Shown in pieces: positions 10,188 to 18,556 of a stretch of DNA of 38,928 nt (positions within the stretch are counted from its first letter, which is position 1; each line of letters starts with the position of its first letter). The stretch covers positions 1 to 38,928 of the forward strand of contig CAMIMK010000001.1 of the NCBI GenBank assembly GCA_946221765.1, read 5' to 3'. This DNA comes from an uncultured Rhodovulum sp. (GTDB lineage Bacteria; Pseudomonadota; Alphaproteobacteria; Rhodobacterales; Rhodobacteraceae). Both the position numbers and the translations under genes were made by a program. Below the pieces are notes generated by a model that was given only the letters and a program-made list of their open reading frames with translations, was not told the DNA's origin and did no database searches.

Positions 10188-11031
10188 GAATGACCTCCCT
10201 GTTGAGAAGTATGATCTGCTGGTCTTGTGGCTTCCTCGCGCTGGGATCAGTATCGAGTCCGAGACGTCTCAGCGCGTAGTACAACAGCGCACGTCGGACC
10301 TTGATCTTCGCCTTGCCGCCACGCATCCCGTAGTCGAGCGCGATGACCTTTGCCTGAGTTTCCGACAGGGCGGGGTGGGGCCCGACCTCCAGCGTGACCT
10401 CGGAATGCCAGTCGCGATCATCGTCGGCTGACGCTTCGCTCTCACGCGATCCTCGAATCTCCAGCACCCGCGAGAGCAGGAAGTCCTTGAAGCAGTCATC
10501 GGTCAGGCAGAGCGCCCGGGTGTGCCAGCGGAACCCGTCGAACGCGATGGCGTGAGGCGCGATCCAGCGCCAGCGCGGCTCGGGGCTAGACAGGGACTGG
10601 TACTTCACCTCGATCGCCTCGGACCGGCGGATGGCGCCGACAACCGAGCGAAGTGTCACCGGCTCAACGCCGCGAACCGGCGTCGGGGCGGATGCGTAGG
10701 GTGGCAGGTCAGGGATCCAGCAATCTTCGCGCTCCAGCACATCGTCGGCAACCAAGCGAATTTGGGCGAGGTAGTGCGCTGCGTCCGGCGGGCGGAACTT
10801 GCAGTCGAAGTCTGGGCCGCGGACGTAGGTCCGCGCGCTCTTGTCGTAGACCATGTTGTCCGGTGCCAGCGCGATGTAGCGGTTCAGGTCCGAGGATGCC
10901 TGGTTCACCGAGACGCCGAACTGCTGCATCACGTCGATACGATTGACGTGTCCCTCCCAGAACAGACGGAACTCGATGAACTCGAGGCGCTGCTCAATCC
11001 CCCAGCGAAGTTCGGCCTTGTCCCGGTCCAC
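10171..11031 (-). CDS. WYL-domain transcriptional regulator, CapW-like (wHTH-WYL-dimerisation)
   Basis: QRLEFIEFRLFWEGHVNR...FGVSVNQASSDL wHTH. WYL core YQSLSSPEPRWRWIAPHAIAFDGFRWHTRA...FKDFLLSR. Start placed at GTG 11031 with GGGAG SD upstream. Overlaps the mzaA start. Confidence 0.9.
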   Translation of the reverse strand: MDRDKAELRWGIEQRLEFIEFRLFWEGHVNRIDVMQQFGVSVNQASSDLNRYIALAPDNMVYDKSARTYVRGPDFDCKFRPPDAAHYLAQIRLVADDVLEREDCWIPDLPPYASAPTPVRGVEPVTLRSVVGAIRRSEAIEVKYQSLSSPEPRWRWIAPHAIAFDGFRWHTRALCLTDDCFKDFLLSRVLEIRGSRESEASADDDRDWHSEVTLEVGPHPALSETQAKVIALDYGMRGGKAKIKVRRALLYYALRRLGLDTDPSARKPQDQQIILLNREVIHEDHG

Positions 11032-11042
11032 GTTGCGCTCCC

Positions 11043-11088
11043 GCCCAGACCTGCGCGCACGCGAACTGTGCGCGCCCAATTTCTGGGC
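11043..11088. promoter_or_regulatory. Inverted repeat upstream of the WYL gene, candidate operator
   Basis: GCGCGCAC-N7-GTGCGCGC (11053-11075) flanked by GCCCAGA (11043-11049) and TCTGGGC (11082-11088). Confidence 0.45.
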
Positions 11089-11151
11089 TTTCTTGGACCG
11101 TAGCCGTGAGGGATTGCGCAATCAATCGAAAAGGGGCGCGTCGGGGCGCGA

Positions 11152-12305
11152 TTATCCCAAGGATTGCCTGAGGTTCTGCGCCACCGCATCGGCAGCCATC
11201 CGCACCGGCTCGGCCGCCAGATGGGCGTAGCGCGCCGTGGTCTGGACCTGCGTGTGGCCAAGGAGCTTGCCGATCATCGGCAGTCCCTGACCCGACGCCA
11301 CGGCCGCGGACGCGAAGGTGTGACGCAGGTCGTGGATGCGGACGTCCTTGACGCCGGCGCGGGCACGGACGCGCTGCCAGAAGGGCTGCAGATCGCTGAG
11401 GCGCTTGCCCGGCGGGTGCCGGTGATGACCCACGGGTTCCCGTCGATGCGCTGGGCGTCGCGCAGTAGTTCGACGGCGGGCTGTCCGAGATGCACGACCT
11501 TGGCGCCGGACTTGGAATCCGGCAGGCGTAGGACGCGCTCGGCCAGATCGACGTATGCCCACTTCAACGTCATGATCTCGTTCAGCCGACACCCGGTCAG
11601 GATCAGCAGACGGGCGGCGAGGATTGCCGATGGCAGTTCGATCCGCTCCGCCTCCATCTCGCGCAGCACCTCGCCGATCGGGCGCAGTTCCGCCGCGCTG
11701 AGGAAACGCTCGCGCTTCTCCTCGGAGTACTTCCGGATGTGCTTTCGCGGATTGGTTCCGTCCGGACGCAGGCCCCACATCTCGGCGAGGCTGAACATCT
11801 TCGAGACCACTTCGAGGCAGCGGTTCGCCTGATAGGGGATATGGCGGAGGTCGTGGTGGAACTTCGCCACGTCCGCCCGGGTGGTGCCCGTGACCGTCAG
11901 CTGCCCGAGCGCGGGCAGGATGAAGCGTTCGAGGTTCCGGCGATATTCCTTGGCTGTGCTGGCCTTCACGCGGATCGCGATGTGTTCCCTGTCGAACCGC
12001 TCCGCCAGCTCCTTCACCGTGATCGCCTTGCGGCCTGCATCGCGTTCGGCGGCGGGGTCCTCGCCATTGCGGGCGGCGGCGACGATGGAGATGGCGCGGT
12101 TGCGCGCCTGCTCGCAGGTCAGGACCGTGCTGGGCCCGAGGCTGATCCGCCGGGACCGGCGTCCGGCGCGATACTGGACTACGTAGCCCTTGCGCCCGCT
12201 TGGCAGCACGCGCAGCCCGAAGCCAGGGATCTCGCTGTCCCAGACGAAGTATTCGGCGGAGCGGGATTCTGCGGCGTCGACGAGGCGTTTGGTGATCTTG
12301 GGCAT
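11152..12305 (-). pseudogene. Tyrosine integrase with N-terminal arm-binding domain, frameshifted near 11415
   Basis: N-terminus MPKITKRLVD...WDSEIPGFGLRV and TGCRLNEI are in one frame. HDLRHTFAS, LLGHTQ and TARYAH are in another. The junction GGC ACC CG CCG GGC AAG lacks one base. Confidence 0.85.
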
Positions 12306-12524
12306 GGCGTTCTTCGGTGGTTCTTTCGCCGTTCCACAGTGCTGAAGCGCGGGCGACAGTCAACGAACACATTGAAATCGCGAATAAAAAGGAAATGCCT
12401 CGCGTTTCCGCGCAAGGCGTTTCGGCGCGCTGGCGCGGGAAATCGACGAGCCCAGCGAATCAGAACGCAGGTTCCGGCCCCCGCGGACCGCTGATAGGCT
12501 CGGCTAAAAGAAACTGGCGATCCG

Positions 12525-13964
12525 ATGGCTTCCAAGACCACCCTCAATGCGAAGAACCTCGAAGCGCTGGGCGCCGAGCGCCTGGCGCAATTGCTGATCG
12601 AGGTCAGCACCGGCAATGCGGCGGCCAAGCGCAAGCTGCGGCTCGCGCTGGCGGGCGCCCAGAGCCCGAGGGAGGCGGCGAGGGAGATCACCAAACGGCT
12701 GACAAGCATCGCCCGGGCCCGCAGCTTCATCACCTGGAAGAACCGCAAGGCGCTGGTCACAGATCTCGAAACCCAGCGGCGCGCCATCGTCGAGCAGATC
12801 GCGCCGGCCGATCCGGACGAGGCGCTGGCGCTCATGTGGCGGTTCATGGCGCTCGCCACACCGGTGTTCGAGCGCTGCGACGACTCCAGCGGCACCGTCA
12901 TCGGCATCTTCCACCAGGCGTGTGCCGATCTGGGTCAGCTCGCCGCGAAGGTCCGGCCCGATCCGCAGGCGCTCGCCGGCACTGTTCTCGATGCGCTTCA
13001 GGACAACGGCTATGGCCAGTATGACGGCCTGATCGGCATCATGGCGCGGGCGCTCGGCGACGAGGGATTGGCGGTCCTGAAGTCGATGGCCGAGGACCTC
13101 GGTCGCTCGCCTGTGCCGGTGCCGCCGAAGGACCAATGGAAGGCGGTGGGTTGGGGCACGGGCGGCACCACCTACGAGCACGAGATGCGGGCGCGTGAGC
13201 GCGCGAGCACGGTCGCCATGGCGCTCAAGGACATCGCCGACGCGCAGGGAGACGTCGACGGCTTCATCGCCCAGTACGATCCGAAGACCCGCAAGGTGCC
13301 GCAGATCGCGGCCGAGATCGCGCAGCGCCTGCTCGCGGCCGGCAGGGCGGGTGAGGCGCTGGAGTTCCTCGAGCGCGCGGAGCTTGGCGACGGGTTGCGG
13401 GTTCCGCTGGCATGGCAGGACATTCGCCTGCAGACGCTGGAGGCGCTGGGTCGCGGCGAGGAGGCGCAGGCATCCCGGTGGGACTGCTTCGAGCGCACGC
13501 TCTCCGACAGCTACCTGCGGGCCTATCTCAAGCGGCTGCCCGACTTCGACGACATCGAGGCCGAGGAGCGGGCGATGGCGCACGCAATGGCCTATCCGAG
13601 CCTTCTTCACGCCCTGCAGTTCTTCCTTGACTGGCCGGCGCTGGATCGCGCCGCCGAACTCCTGGTGGCCCGGCACGACGAGATCGACGGCGACCACTAC
13701 GAGTATCTTGCCCCCGCGGCGGAGGCCCTGTCAGAGCGTCAGCCGCTGGCCGCGACACTGGTGCTCCGCGCGATGATCGACTTCACGCTCACCAGAACGC
13801 GGGCGAAGCGGTATCGCTATGCCGCCGAGCATCTGGTTACCTGCGCCCGGCTCGCGGGCGACATAGCGGATTTCGCGGCGTTCGAGACGCACGACGCCTA
13901 CGTCGCCCGGCTGAAGGAGGAGCACGGCAGGAAGTTCGGCTTCTGGTCGCTCACCGCCGCCTGA
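12525..13964 (+). CDS. Conserved helical hypothetical protein (DUF6880-like)
   Basis: MASKTTLNAKNLEALGAERLAQLL...RCDDSSG...HGRKFGFW pattern recognised from memory. Strong GC3 codon bias. Function unknown. Confidence 0.75.
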   Translation: MASKTTLNAKNLEALGAERLAQLLIEVSTGNAAAKRKLRLALAGAQSPREAAREITKRLTSIARARSFITWKNRKALVTDLETQRRAIVEQIAPADPDEALALMWRFMALATPVFERCDDSSGTVIGIFHQACADLGQLAAKVRPDPQALAGTVLDALQDNGYGQYDGLIGIMARALGDEGLAVLKSMAEDLGRSPVPVPPKDQWKAVGWGTGGTTYEHEMRARERASTVAMALKDIADAQGDVDGFIAQYDPKTRKVPQIAAEIAQRLLAAGRAGEALEFLERAELGDGLRVPLAWQDIRLQTLEALGRGEEAQASRWDCFERTLSDSYLRAYLKRLPDFDDIEAEERAMAHAMAYPSLLHALQFFLDWPALDRAAELLVARHDEIDGDHYEYLAPAAEALSERQPLAATLVLRAMIDFTLTRTRAKRYRYAAEHLVTCARLAGDIADFAAFETHDAYVARLKEEHGRKFGFWSLTAA

Positions 13965-13999
13965 TGGTCGTGCTACCGGATAATCAGGTCTCGGCCCCT

Positions 14000-14018
14000 T
14001 GGAAGCATGGTGGAAGCA
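14000..14018 (+). repeat. Direct repeat TGGAAGCA x2 at 11-bp period, candidate integrase arm-type sites
   Basis: TGGAAGCA at 14000-14007 and 14011-14018, about 130 bp from the tRNA-fragment att core. Confidence 0.4.
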
Positions 14019-14149
14019 CGAGGGTGAAAATCGCTGCGCAATCCCGACAGATCTTGCGAAGCCGGGCTGCTTTGCAAGGATCGGCAAGTGTTGGAAACTG
14101 CGCAAGAACTCGCGCTTCCGAGTGATTGTTCATGGTTCGTTTGACACGA

Positions 14150-14194
14150 CTCATAACCTGAAGGCCGCAGGTTCAAATCCTGCCCCCGCAACCA
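14150..14194 (+). tRNA. tRNA-Met(CAT) 3' half only (att site fragment, not a functional gene)
   Basis: CTCATAACCTGAAGGCCGCAGGTTCAAATCCTGCCCCCGCAACCA = anticodon loop, T arm, acceptor 3' strand and CCA of an initiator-type tRNA-Met. Upstream sequence has no D arm or acceptor 5' strand. Confidence 0.9.
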
Positions 14195-15812
14195 TCTCAA
14201 ATTGCGATCGGCCCGCCCCAAAGGCGGGCCTTTTGCTGTCCGCAGAGATCGCAAGGATTCCAGCCAGATCGCCGCGGACGTTGATCTGCAGCTGCTCACC
14301 CTCGGGCGTCAGCACGATCTCCTTCACCAGCGAGCGCAGCACCTCGGCGGCCTCCGTCCGTTCCGCGTCGGACTCGCCGTGGAGCGCCGCGTACAGCTCG
14401 TCGACCTTGCTGTGGTAGTGGTGCGCCATGTTGGGGTGCAGCAGCGGCGGCGGGTCCTCCGCCACTTGAAGCTGCGACCGCAATTCTTCCTGACGGGCCT
14501 CGAGATCCTTCATCTGCCGCAACAGACGTGTCGGCGGCTCGCCGTCGGCGGAGGCCATGACGAGCTTCAAAAGTTTGTCGAGCTCGCGGTCGATCCGCTT
14601 GATCTCCTCTTCGGCCGCGTCGATCGAGGCGCGGCCTTCCCGGCGGAGCCGGTTCATCTCTCTGGTGAATTCGGCACAGAACTCGGCGAACAGCGCCGGG
14701 TCCATCAGGTGGTGGCGGAGGGCGTTCAGCACGCGTGCCTCCAGCGCGTCGCGCCGGATGTTGACGCGGTTGTCGCAGGTGCCCTTGTTCCGCGCCGTCG
14801 AGCAGCCGACGAGGTGCGCGGAGATCATGGCATATCCCCCGCCGCAGCATCCGCAGCGTGTGAGGCCGGAGAGCAGGTGCTTGGGCCGCCGGCGGTCGCG
14901 GAACTGCTCGGGCTGTTCCGCAACTCGCTCAGGGGCATCGATCCGCAAAGACCTCTGTCGGTCCTTGACCGCCTGCCAGAGATCTTCATCGACGATGCGA
15001 AGCTCCGGCGCCTCCTGGGTCACCCACTCCGATTCCGGGTTCGGGCGTGCCTGGCGCTTGCCGGTGTCGGGGTCCTTCACGAAGCGCTGGCGGTTCCAGA
15101 CGATCCGGCCGACGTACATTTCGTTGTTAAGGATGCCGGTGCCGCGCTTCGGGTTGCCGTTGATGGTGCTGAAGCCCCAGTCACCGCCCGACGGTGCCGG
15201 GATACTGTCCCGATTGAGTGCGACCGCGATGATCTTCGCCGATTGCCCGGCGGCGTAGGCACGGAAGATGCGGCGGACGACCTCGGCTTCCGCCTCGTTG
15301 ATCGCCCGGTCGCCCCGCACCGCCTCGCCGTCGCCGGCGAAGCTGCGGACCACGTCGTAGCCGTAGGAATTGCCGCCGCCGGACTTGCCGGCCTCAACGC
15401 GGCCGCGCTGGCCACGGCGGGTCTTGTCGGCGAGGTCCTTGAGGAAGAGCGCATTCATCGTGCCCTTCAGACCGACATGCAGATGCGAGACCTCGCCCTC
15501 GGACAGGGTGACGATCTTCACGTTGGCGAAGGACATCCGCTTGAAGAGGCCGGCGATGTCCTCCTGGTCGCGGGAGAGGCGGTCCATCGCCTCGGCGAGG
15601 ATCAGCTCGAAGCGCCCCCGGCCGGCATCGCCGATCAGGGCCTGGATGCCGGGTCGCAGCAGCGACGCGCCGGAGACGGCGTGGTCGGTGTATTCCTCGA
15701 CGACGTGCCAGCCCTGCTTCTCGGCGTGGAGGCGGCAGAGGCGCAGCTGGTCGGCGATCGAAGCGTCGCGCTGGTTGTCGGACGAATAGCGGGCGTAGAG
15801 CGCGACCTTCAC
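14151..15812 (-). CDS. Large serine recombinase (integrase)
   Basis: Catalytic YARYSS, DRLSRD, recombinase domain, Zn ribbon CGCCGG...C...C, coiled coil. C-terminus MVAGAGFEPAAFRL is read antisense to the tRNA fragment. Confidence 0.95.
   Translation of the reverse strand: MKVALYARYSSDNQRDASIADQLRLCRLHAEKQGWHVVEEYTDHAVSGASLLRPGIQALIGDAGRGRFELILAEAMDRLSRDQEDIAGLFKRMSFANVKIVTLSEGEVSHLHVGLKGTMNALFLKDLADKTRRGQRGRVEAGKSGGGNSYGYDVVRSFAGDGEAVRGDRAINEAEAEVVRRIFRAYAAGQSAKIIAVALNRDSIPAPSGGDWGFSTINGNPKRGTGILNNEMYVGRIVWNRQRFVKDPDTGKRQARPNPESEWVTQEAPELRIVDEDLWQAVKDRQRSLRIDAPERVAEQPEQFRDRRRPKHLLSGLTRCGCCGGGYAMISAHLVGCSTARNKGTCDNRVNIRRDALEARVLNALRHHLMDPALFAEFCAEFTREMNRLRREGRASIDAAEEEIKRIDRELDKLLKLVMASADGEPPTRLLRQMKDLEARQEELRSQLQVAEDPPPLLHPNMAHHYHSKVDELYAALHGESDAERTEAAEVLRSLVKEIVLTPEGEQLQINVRGDLAGILAISADSKRPAFGAGRSQFEMVAGAGFEPAAFRL
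14210..14234 (+). terminator. Intrinsic terminator downstream of the tRNA 3' fragment (inside the LSR gene, antisense)
   Basis: GGCCCGCC-CCAAA-GGCGGGCC followed by TTTT. Confidence 0.7.
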
Positions 15813-15825
15813 AGCGGAAGCCCTT

Positions 15826-16044
15826 TCAGTTCGAGCGGCGCGCCGGCGTGGAGCGCTGTTCGGCGTCGAAGGTCTCGCGGGCCAGCTGCCGGCCGAGCAG
15901 TCGGGCGAGCGCGATGAGCCGCGGGTCCGGGTCCCCGCGCGGCGTGAAGGTCAGCTCCACCGCTCCAGAATGGGTGGCGCTGAGAGCCTGACGAGGTCCG
16001 CGCCCATTGTCCGCCTTGTCCGAATTGTGTCGATCCTGCGCCAT
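15826..16044 (-). CDS. Small hypothetical protein upstream of the LSR
   Basis: 72 aa from ATG 16044, ending 14 nt before the LSR start. Contains the amphipathic helix DPRLIALARLLGRQLARE. Confidence 0.5.
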   Translation of the reverse strand: MAQDRHNSDKADNGRGPRQALSATHSGAVELTFTPRGDPDPRLIALARLLGRQLARETFDAEQRSTPARRSN

Positions 16045-16246
16045 GCCGCCGAGTATTGGGGCGGCGCTGCTCGTAAGCAACGGAAATCAAAAGAGAAGAA
16101 CTGACGGTCAACGGCCCGGTGTGGCGTGCTGCGGCGGGAGAGGTCGCGCTCCAGCGTAGAATGGCGGAGTGCAATGACCGGGGTTCAACCAGCGATCTGC
16201 CATCTGCGAACATGCACGCCCCCATCCAAATCCGCATATGCGCACG

Positions 16247-16270
16247 GTATCGTATTGCAAAATGAGATAC
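16247..16270. promoter_or_regulatory. Imperfect palindrome upstream of the TA operon, candidate autoregulatory operator
   Basis: GTATCGTATT-GCAA-AATGAGATAC (8/10 arms) in an AT-rich patch about 30 bp before the antitoxin ATG. Confidence 0.55.
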
Positions 16271-16302
16271 AAGACGCTACTGTCCCACCCGAGGAGATCA
16301 TC

Positions 16303-16602
16303 ATGCCCGGAACCGCCGAACGCAAGGAATACCCAATCTCGATGCGGCTCCCCGAGGCGGACGTCGCGATGATCGACCGCGCCGCCGGGCTGCGCGGCCG
16401 ATCCCGCACCGACTTCGTGCGCGAGGCGGCGGTGCGCGCCGCCGAGGAGGTTCTGATGGACAACCGGCTGATCCGCATGAGCCCGGAAGGGTTCGCCGAC
16501 TTCCTCGGGGCGCTGTCGGCCGAGGCGACACCGGTCCCGGAGATGGTCGAGCTGCTCAAGCGGCCGTCGCCCTGGGAGTCGGGTGGTGCAGATGAGGCGT
16601 GA
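16303..16602 (+). CDS. DUF1778 ribbon-helix-helix antitoxin (TacA/AtaR-like)
   Basis: RKEYPISMRL...IDRAAGLRGRSRTDFVREAA...IRMSPEGF. SD GAGGAG before ATG 16303. Confidence 0.9.
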   Translation: MPGTAERKEYPISMRLPEADVAMIDRAAGLRGRSRTDFVREAAVRAAEEVLMDNRLIRMSPEGFADFLGALSAEATPVPEMVELLKRPSPWESGGADEA

Positions 16603-17117
16603 GGCGCGTGGTCCTGTCCGCGCCAGAGCCGCTGACCGCGGCGCATGACGTTTCGAGCTTCACCTGCGGTAAGCCGACGCTCGATCACTGGCTGAAGGCC
16701 CGCGCGCTCTCCAATCAGGAGAAGGGCTTCACCGCGGTGCTGGTCGTGCACGAGGCTGGTCGCGTGGTTGGCTACTACGGCCTGGCGCCGACGGCGGTGG
16801 TTCCGTCGATCCTGCCACGTTCGGTGCGCACCGGCCAGCCGCCTGACCCGGTGCCCTGCCTGCTGCGCGGCCAGCTCGCCACCGATGTGGGCTGGGCCGG
16901 ACGCGGCGTCGGCACCGGCCTCGTGAAGCACGCGCTCGGGCGCTGCGTTCAGGCGGCGGCGCTGGTCGGGGGCCGGGCGCTGATGGTCAATGCGATCGAT
17001 GACGAGGCGGCGGCGTTCTGGTGCAGGCGCGGCTTCGTGCCGTCGAAGGACGATCCGCTGCTGCTGTTCCAGCCGATCGCCGCGATCGCGGCCTCGCTCG
17101 CCGCGGCGCGCCGGTAG
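16599..17117 (+). CDS. GNAT acetyltransferase toxin (TacT/AtaT-like)
   Basis: PEPLTAAHDVSSFTCGKPTLDHWL, VVGYYGL, GQLATD, acetyl-CoA loop WAGRGVG. GTGA overlap with the antitoxin. Confidence 0.9.
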   Translation: MRRVVLSAPEPLTAAHDVSSFTCGKPTLDHWLKARALSNQEKGFTAVLVVHEAGRVVGYYGLAPTAVVPSILPRSVRTGQPPDPVPCLLRGQLATDVGWAGRGVGTGLVKHALGRCVQAAALVGGRALMVNAIDDEAAAFWCRRGFVPSKDDPLLLFQPIAAIAASLAAARR

Positions 17118-17121
17118 AGGC

Positions 17122-17190
17122 AGAGGGTGGAGGGGAGCTTCGTGACGGGCTTGAGTGCCGGGAGAGAGGCTCCTGGCGGCCGTCGTGGAG
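17122..17190 (+). promoter_or_regulatory. Conserved structured leader, copy A (before DUF932)
   Basis: AGAGGGTGG...GCTTCGTGACGGG...CGGGAGAGAGGCTCCTGG...CCGTCGTGGAG. Homologous to 27881-27949. The stem covers the GGAG SD. Confidence 0.65.
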
Positions 17191-17200
17191 ATGTCTCGCG

Positions 17201-18391
17201 ATGAACATGGCAATGGTGGACGCCGGGCGCGGTTCGGCTGGGTACAAGGTCGATGTCAGTCGGGGCGAGCGGATCGGCCGGGTGTCCTCGGAGTGGTTCT
17301 CGCGGCCGGACGACGAGCGCTTCCTCTCGCTCGACGATCTCGCCCGCTCGGTGCGGAGCCGTGCCGAGCGCAGCCGGACGCGGGTGGTGGAGACCGCCGC
17401 GATCCACGTCGAGGCGAGCCGCGCCGATCCCGAGCGGCTGGCGCTGATCCTGCCAGGAGCCGAGCGGCCGGTGGCGCCGACGCACTGGAGCTTCGGTCAG
17501 CTCGCCGCCCAAGTCGGTGCGCCGGCCGCCTACCTCCGGCAGCTGCCGGCGGCGCTCGCCGCGATCAACCTGCAGTACGGGCTGAGCGCACACCGCGCCG
17601 AGCAGATCAAGACGCTGGAGATCGAGGAGGACCGGGTCGAGCTCCGCGCCGTCACCGGGCCCGACTACGGCCGGATCTACGACCACGAGCTCGTCGAGGC
17701 GGTGCAGCGGATCGCCGGCAACGGCACCGGCGACACGCGTTGGAAGGTGCCGGGCGTGCTCGACTGGTCGACGGGCGTCTACAATCCGCGGGTCGACATC
17801 AGCAAGGACACGACCACGCTCTACGCCTCCGACCGCGACGTCTTCCTGTTCCTCGTTGATGACCTCAATCCGATCGAGGCGGGGAAGCTGCCGGACGGTT
17901 CGCCCGACCTGTTCTTCCGGGGGTTCTACTGCTGGAACTCGGAGGTCGGGGCCAAGACCCTCGGGATGGCGAGCTTCTACCTGCGTGCTGTCTGCCAGAA
18001 CCGCAACCTCTGGGGCGTCGAGGACTTCGAGGAGATCACCATCCGCCATTCGAAGCACGCGGCGTCGCGGTTCGCACATGAGGCGGCGCCGGCGCTGCTG
18101 ACCTTCGCCAACTCGTCGCCAATGCCGTTCGTCAACGGCATCCGGGCGGCGCGGGAGAAGGTGGTGGCCCGAAGCGACGACGACCGGACCGAGTTCCTGC
18201 GCAAGCGTGGCTTCTCGCGGCCGGAGACCGGGCGGATCATCGACGCAGTCCTGGCGGAGGAGGGGCGGCCGCCGGAGAGCGTCTTCGACTTCGTCCAGGG
18301 CATCGCCGCCGTCGCCCGTGATAAGCCGCATCAGGACGCGCGGCTCGACCTGGAGGCCAAGGCGAAGACGCTGTTCGATCAGGCGGCTTGA
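17201..18391 (+). CDS. DUF932 domain protein (ICE/plasmid leading-region type)
   Basis: VSSEWFSRPDDERFLSL, PTHWSFGQLA, TGPDYGRIYD, GFYCWNSEVG, RAVCQNRNLWG. SD GGAG before ATG 17201. Confidence 0.85.
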   Translation: MNMAMVDAGRGSAGYKVDVSRGERIGRVSSEWFSRPDDERFLSLDDLARSVRSRAERSRTRVVETAAIHVEASRADPERLALILPGAERPVAPTHWSFGQLAAQVGAPAAYLRQLPAALAAINLQYGLSAHRAEQIKTLEIEEDRVELRAVTGPDYGRIYDHELVEAVQRIAGNGTGDTRWKVPGVLDWSTGVYNPRVDISKDTTTLYASDRDVFLFLVDDLNPIEAGKLPDGSPDLFFRGFYCWNSEVGAKTLGMASFYLRAVCQNRNLWGVEDFEEITIRHSKHAASRFAHEAAPALLTFANSSPMPFVNGIRAAREKVVARSDDDRTEFLRKRGFSRPETGRIIDAVLAEEGRPPESVFDFVQGIAAVARDKPHQDARLDLEAKAKTLFDQAA

Positions 18392-18397
18392 AACGAG

Positions 18398-18427
18398 GGG
18401 CCGAGGGAGCGTAGACACCTTCGGCCC
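18398..18427 (+). terminator. Hairpin after DUF932, abutting the left end of the int/IS91 element
   Basis: GGGCCGAGGG-N10-CCTTCGGCCC. No U tract; the following sequence is the element end. Confidence 0.4.
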
Positions 18428-18556
18428 AAGGACGAAGCCGCTCCGCGGCATTGGCGCGTGTGGCTGGCGTTCGCCGCTGACCTTACCCGGAGGGCATTTG
18501 GCGACCGGCACTTCTGTCCGACCTTGGGGTCTTTCCCTCTCGGACAGGAGGCTTCC

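Noticed and set aside
14141..14146. Perfect TTGACA -35 hexamer before the tRNA fragment
   Set aside because: No plausible -10 element 16-18 bp downstream.
14118..14194. Possible full-length tRNA-Met gene
   Set aside because: Sequence upstream of 14150 cannot form the D arm or pair with the acceptor 3' strand; only the 3' half is present.
14202..15917. 571-aa plus-strand ORF
   Set aside because: Antisense shadow of the serine recombinase.
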